Origin: an uncultured Methanosarcinales archaeon
GTDB lineage: Archaea > Nanobdellota > Nanobdellia > Woesearchaeales > GW2011-AR4
Length of the DNA: 64,000 nucleotides
Reading direction: 5' to 3'
Assembly (NCBI GenBank): GCA_964585935.1
Contig: CAZPFO010000003.1
Location: forward strand, 2,544-66,543
The notes under the pieces were generated by a model, which did not search any database, was not told where the DNA came from, and saw only the letters and a list, made by a program, of their open reading frames with translations. Both the position numbers and the translations under genes were made by a program. Below, one piece after another: positions 62,294 through 64,000 of this stretch; the first letter of the stretch is position 1, and the number at the start of each line of letters is the position of its first letter.

Positions 62294-62388
62294 AGATAGA
62301 TATCAATAAGCAATATCTATCTTGAAAAAAGCCTTTTTCTGAAGTTCTTTTATAGAAAACAGTCTGGAACTGTACTGAAAAGAACTTC
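62294..62388 (-). promoter_or_regulatory. structured leader upstream of the rpl3 operon (two long hairpins)
   Basis: AGATAGATAT-N9-ATATCTATCT at 62294..62322 and GAAGTTCTTTT-N26-AAAAGAACTTC at 62341..62388. TTTATAAATA (minus strand) at about 62455-62464 would give an untranslated leader of about 170 nt. Confidence 0.35.
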
Positions 62389-62471
62389 TTTTCAGGCTCG
62401 TTTTACAACATAGTATTTGATTATAAACACTATCTAAAGATAGTTGAGAATTATAGATTTATTTATAAATG

Positions 62472-63992
62472 TTACTGTTTGTTCTTCTTGTTTCCCTTAT
62501 TCAAATACTTCCCTTTCCTCACCGCATACGTAACCGGATTCTTGATCTTATTGCATAAATTATCGGGTTTGCAAACACCAATATCAACATAGTACATCTT
62601 ATTGCTGCAATTTGGAGGCAGTATCTTTTTCTTTTGCTGTTTATGATATCTTATCTGCCCCACAATTGAAACCTCCCTTAAAGGCTCTTCCAGTTTTTCA
62701 TTCCACTCTCTAAGATATTTCTCAATCTTGTCATACTCCCATCCGCATGACGTAAGAAAATTTGTCAGGATAAACAGTGCTCTCTTCCTGCCGTCTTTTA
62801 ATTGCCCGGATAACGCTTTTATGCATGGGGGAAACAGATGTTCAGGCACTTCCCCTATGCTTTCATACACTCTTTCAGGGATTTTTTCTTCATCCCCTTC
62901 TTTGCCCTTAGCAAACTCCAGGGATTCATGCACTAATTTTCTCAGCTCTCCTTTCTTTACGTTTCCTCTGTCCAGAAACCTCCATTTAGATATCTTAACA
63001 TTCTCTGGCTTGGCATATTTTTTATCAAATTTCAAAACCTTTTCAGGGTTAAAAGTCCTTGAAACCAGCTTTGATTTTTCATGCAGGGAATAAGGCATCC
63101 TGTAAAGATGCCTTGAAGAGATCAATAAAGTATCTACATCAATGATTGAAAGCGGATCGAAAGTTGAGCGATAACTGTTTGAGCCGCATTTACATAAGCT
63201 TTTTTTGTCTTCTATCCTCTCCATCAGTACATTGCATTTTTCACACTTCATAAAATCAGCATCATTGTTCTTTACAGAAGACTGGCATTTTGGGCAGATA
63301 AATTCCCTATCTGCTTTTTTTATTTCTTTTACCCCTTTTCCGCATTCTGAACATACCTTTTTTGTAAGCTCACTAAATCTTTTTGAAGTAATCTTCTCAA
63401 GGTCTTTTATGGATTTTTTGATCTGGCCTCCGAATGTGATGCTGTTGTCCTCATTAACTTTTGTGTATTTTTCATCTGCACTTATCATCTCCAGCAAAAA
63501 AGAGGCTATTGCCCTTGGCAGTTCAGGGAACAAACTCTCTGTTTTTTTCCCATCTACTTCTTTAGGAAATGCCTCAAACGGCACCCCTATATGAAATCCT
63601 TTATTGCCTGAAAATTTTATTGATGTGGACTCTACTCCAAAATCTCTTAAAGTTCTGACCATCAACCATGTTATCATCTTTGAAATTTCCCAGTACGGGC
63701 AGTCAATGTCCAAAACCAGATCCCACCCTTTCCTTAAGCTCTCTAAGTCTTTTCTCCTCATAGTGGGGTCCAGCTGCAGAGGATTCTTCCACAACTCCTC
63801 AGATGCGTGAAAAGAAGTAGCACCTTGTTTTGCCAGCTCTAAAATATCCGCCGGATGCTGCAGGATATCAGGCCTTTTCCCGAACTGGTCATTGAACCTG
63901 ACAGCAACCTCCCTGTCTTGGGCATTATGTATAATCTCTTCCTGGATATCTTTCCTCTTATAGTAGCTTAAGGTAGTGCTTATTGGAATCAT
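62472..63992 (-). CDS. priS: fused DNA primase: PriS catalytic domain + PriL-CTD-like Fe-S domain
   Basis: AEP catalytic motifs DLVLDID and FSGNKGFHI. Central CxxC zinc ribbons. The C-terminus has FPPCIKAL plus dispersed Cys (PPNCS, GVCKPDNLC), resembling the PriL C-terminal domain. Confidence 0.75.
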   Translation of the reverse strand: MIPISTTLSYYKRKDIQEEIIHNAQDREVAVRFNDQFGKRPDILQHPADILELAKQGATSFHASEELWKNPLQLDPTMRRKDLESLRKGWDLVLDIDCPYWEISKMITWLMVRTLRDFGVESTSIKFSGNKGFHIGVPFEAFPKEVDGKKTESLFPELPRAIASFLLEMISADEKYTKVNEDNSITFGGQIKKSIKDLEKITSKRFSELTKKVCSECGKGVKEIKKADREFICPKCQSSVKNNDADFMKCEKCNVLMERIEDKKSLCKCGSNSYRSTFDPLSIIDVDTLLISSRHLYRMPYSLHEKSKLVSRTFNPEKVLKFDKKYAKPENVKISKWRFLDRGNVKKGELRKLVHESLEFAKGKEGDEEKIPERVYESIGEVPEHLFPPCIKALSGQLKDGRKRALFILTNFLTSCGWEYDKIEKYLREWNEKLEEPLREVSIVGQIRYHKQQKKKILPPNCSNKMYYVDIGVCKPDNLCNKIKNPVTYAVRKGKYLNKGNKKNKQ

Positions 63993-64000
63993 AATAAGGA

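Noticed and set aside
1-64000. Scan of all intergenic spacers for tRNA, rRNA, RNase P or SRP RNA genes.
   Set aside because: I could not recognise any cloverleaf-compatible sequence or conserved rRNA or RNase P motifs by eye. A covariance-model scan is still needed, especially for 2555..2795.

Overview
AT-rich archaeal chromosome segment. Archaea-specific genes point to a reduced, DPANN-like archaeon: PAN, RFC small subunit, Pelota, aSUI1, RNase P Rpp29, r-proteins L14e/L34e/L32e/L19e/S4e and a fused PriS-PriL primase. Layout: (i) 1-11.3 kb housekeeping genes, including a proteolysis-rich stretch (PAN plus two M29 aminopeptidase paralogues in one operon, then M24 and M16 peptidases) and tyrS. 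(ii) 12.0-23.5 kb accessory island bounded by about 33-bp direct repeats and a perfect 62-bp inverted repeat. It carries VapBC-like TA, RadC, and a type I R-M operon interrupted by four extra genes (DUF3800-like, RHH-like, HEPN-like, 4-TM protein). It also holds an orphan methyltransferase and small winged-helix proteins, and is flanked by two different Cas4-like nucleases with no CRISPR array. (iii) 24-27 kb GT2, PlsC-like acyltransferase, PRC-barrel, rfcS. (iv) 27.5-34.9 kb five-gene minus-strand surface module: a pilin-signal protein, a 962-aa polytopic protein ending in a lytic-transglycosylase domain, and three paralogous lipobox proteins. (v) 35-44 kb pelota, acyl/acetyl-CoA synthetase, trmB-like regulator, split transketolase, pheST. 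(vi) 44.2-46.9 kb small secreted or membrane genes, two of them in a cassette bracketed by a perfect 52-bp duplication of the pheT 3' end. (vii) 46.9-62.3 kb the archaeal ribosomal protein/secY supercluster on the minus strand, then the primase. I recognised no rRNA, tRNA or CRISPR array. Many genes appear leaderless, with a TATA box centred about 25-27 nt upstream of the ATG. The two candidates I rate highest for novelty are the composite R-M operon and the surface module. All functional calls come from reading motifs in the translations by eye; no database search was run.
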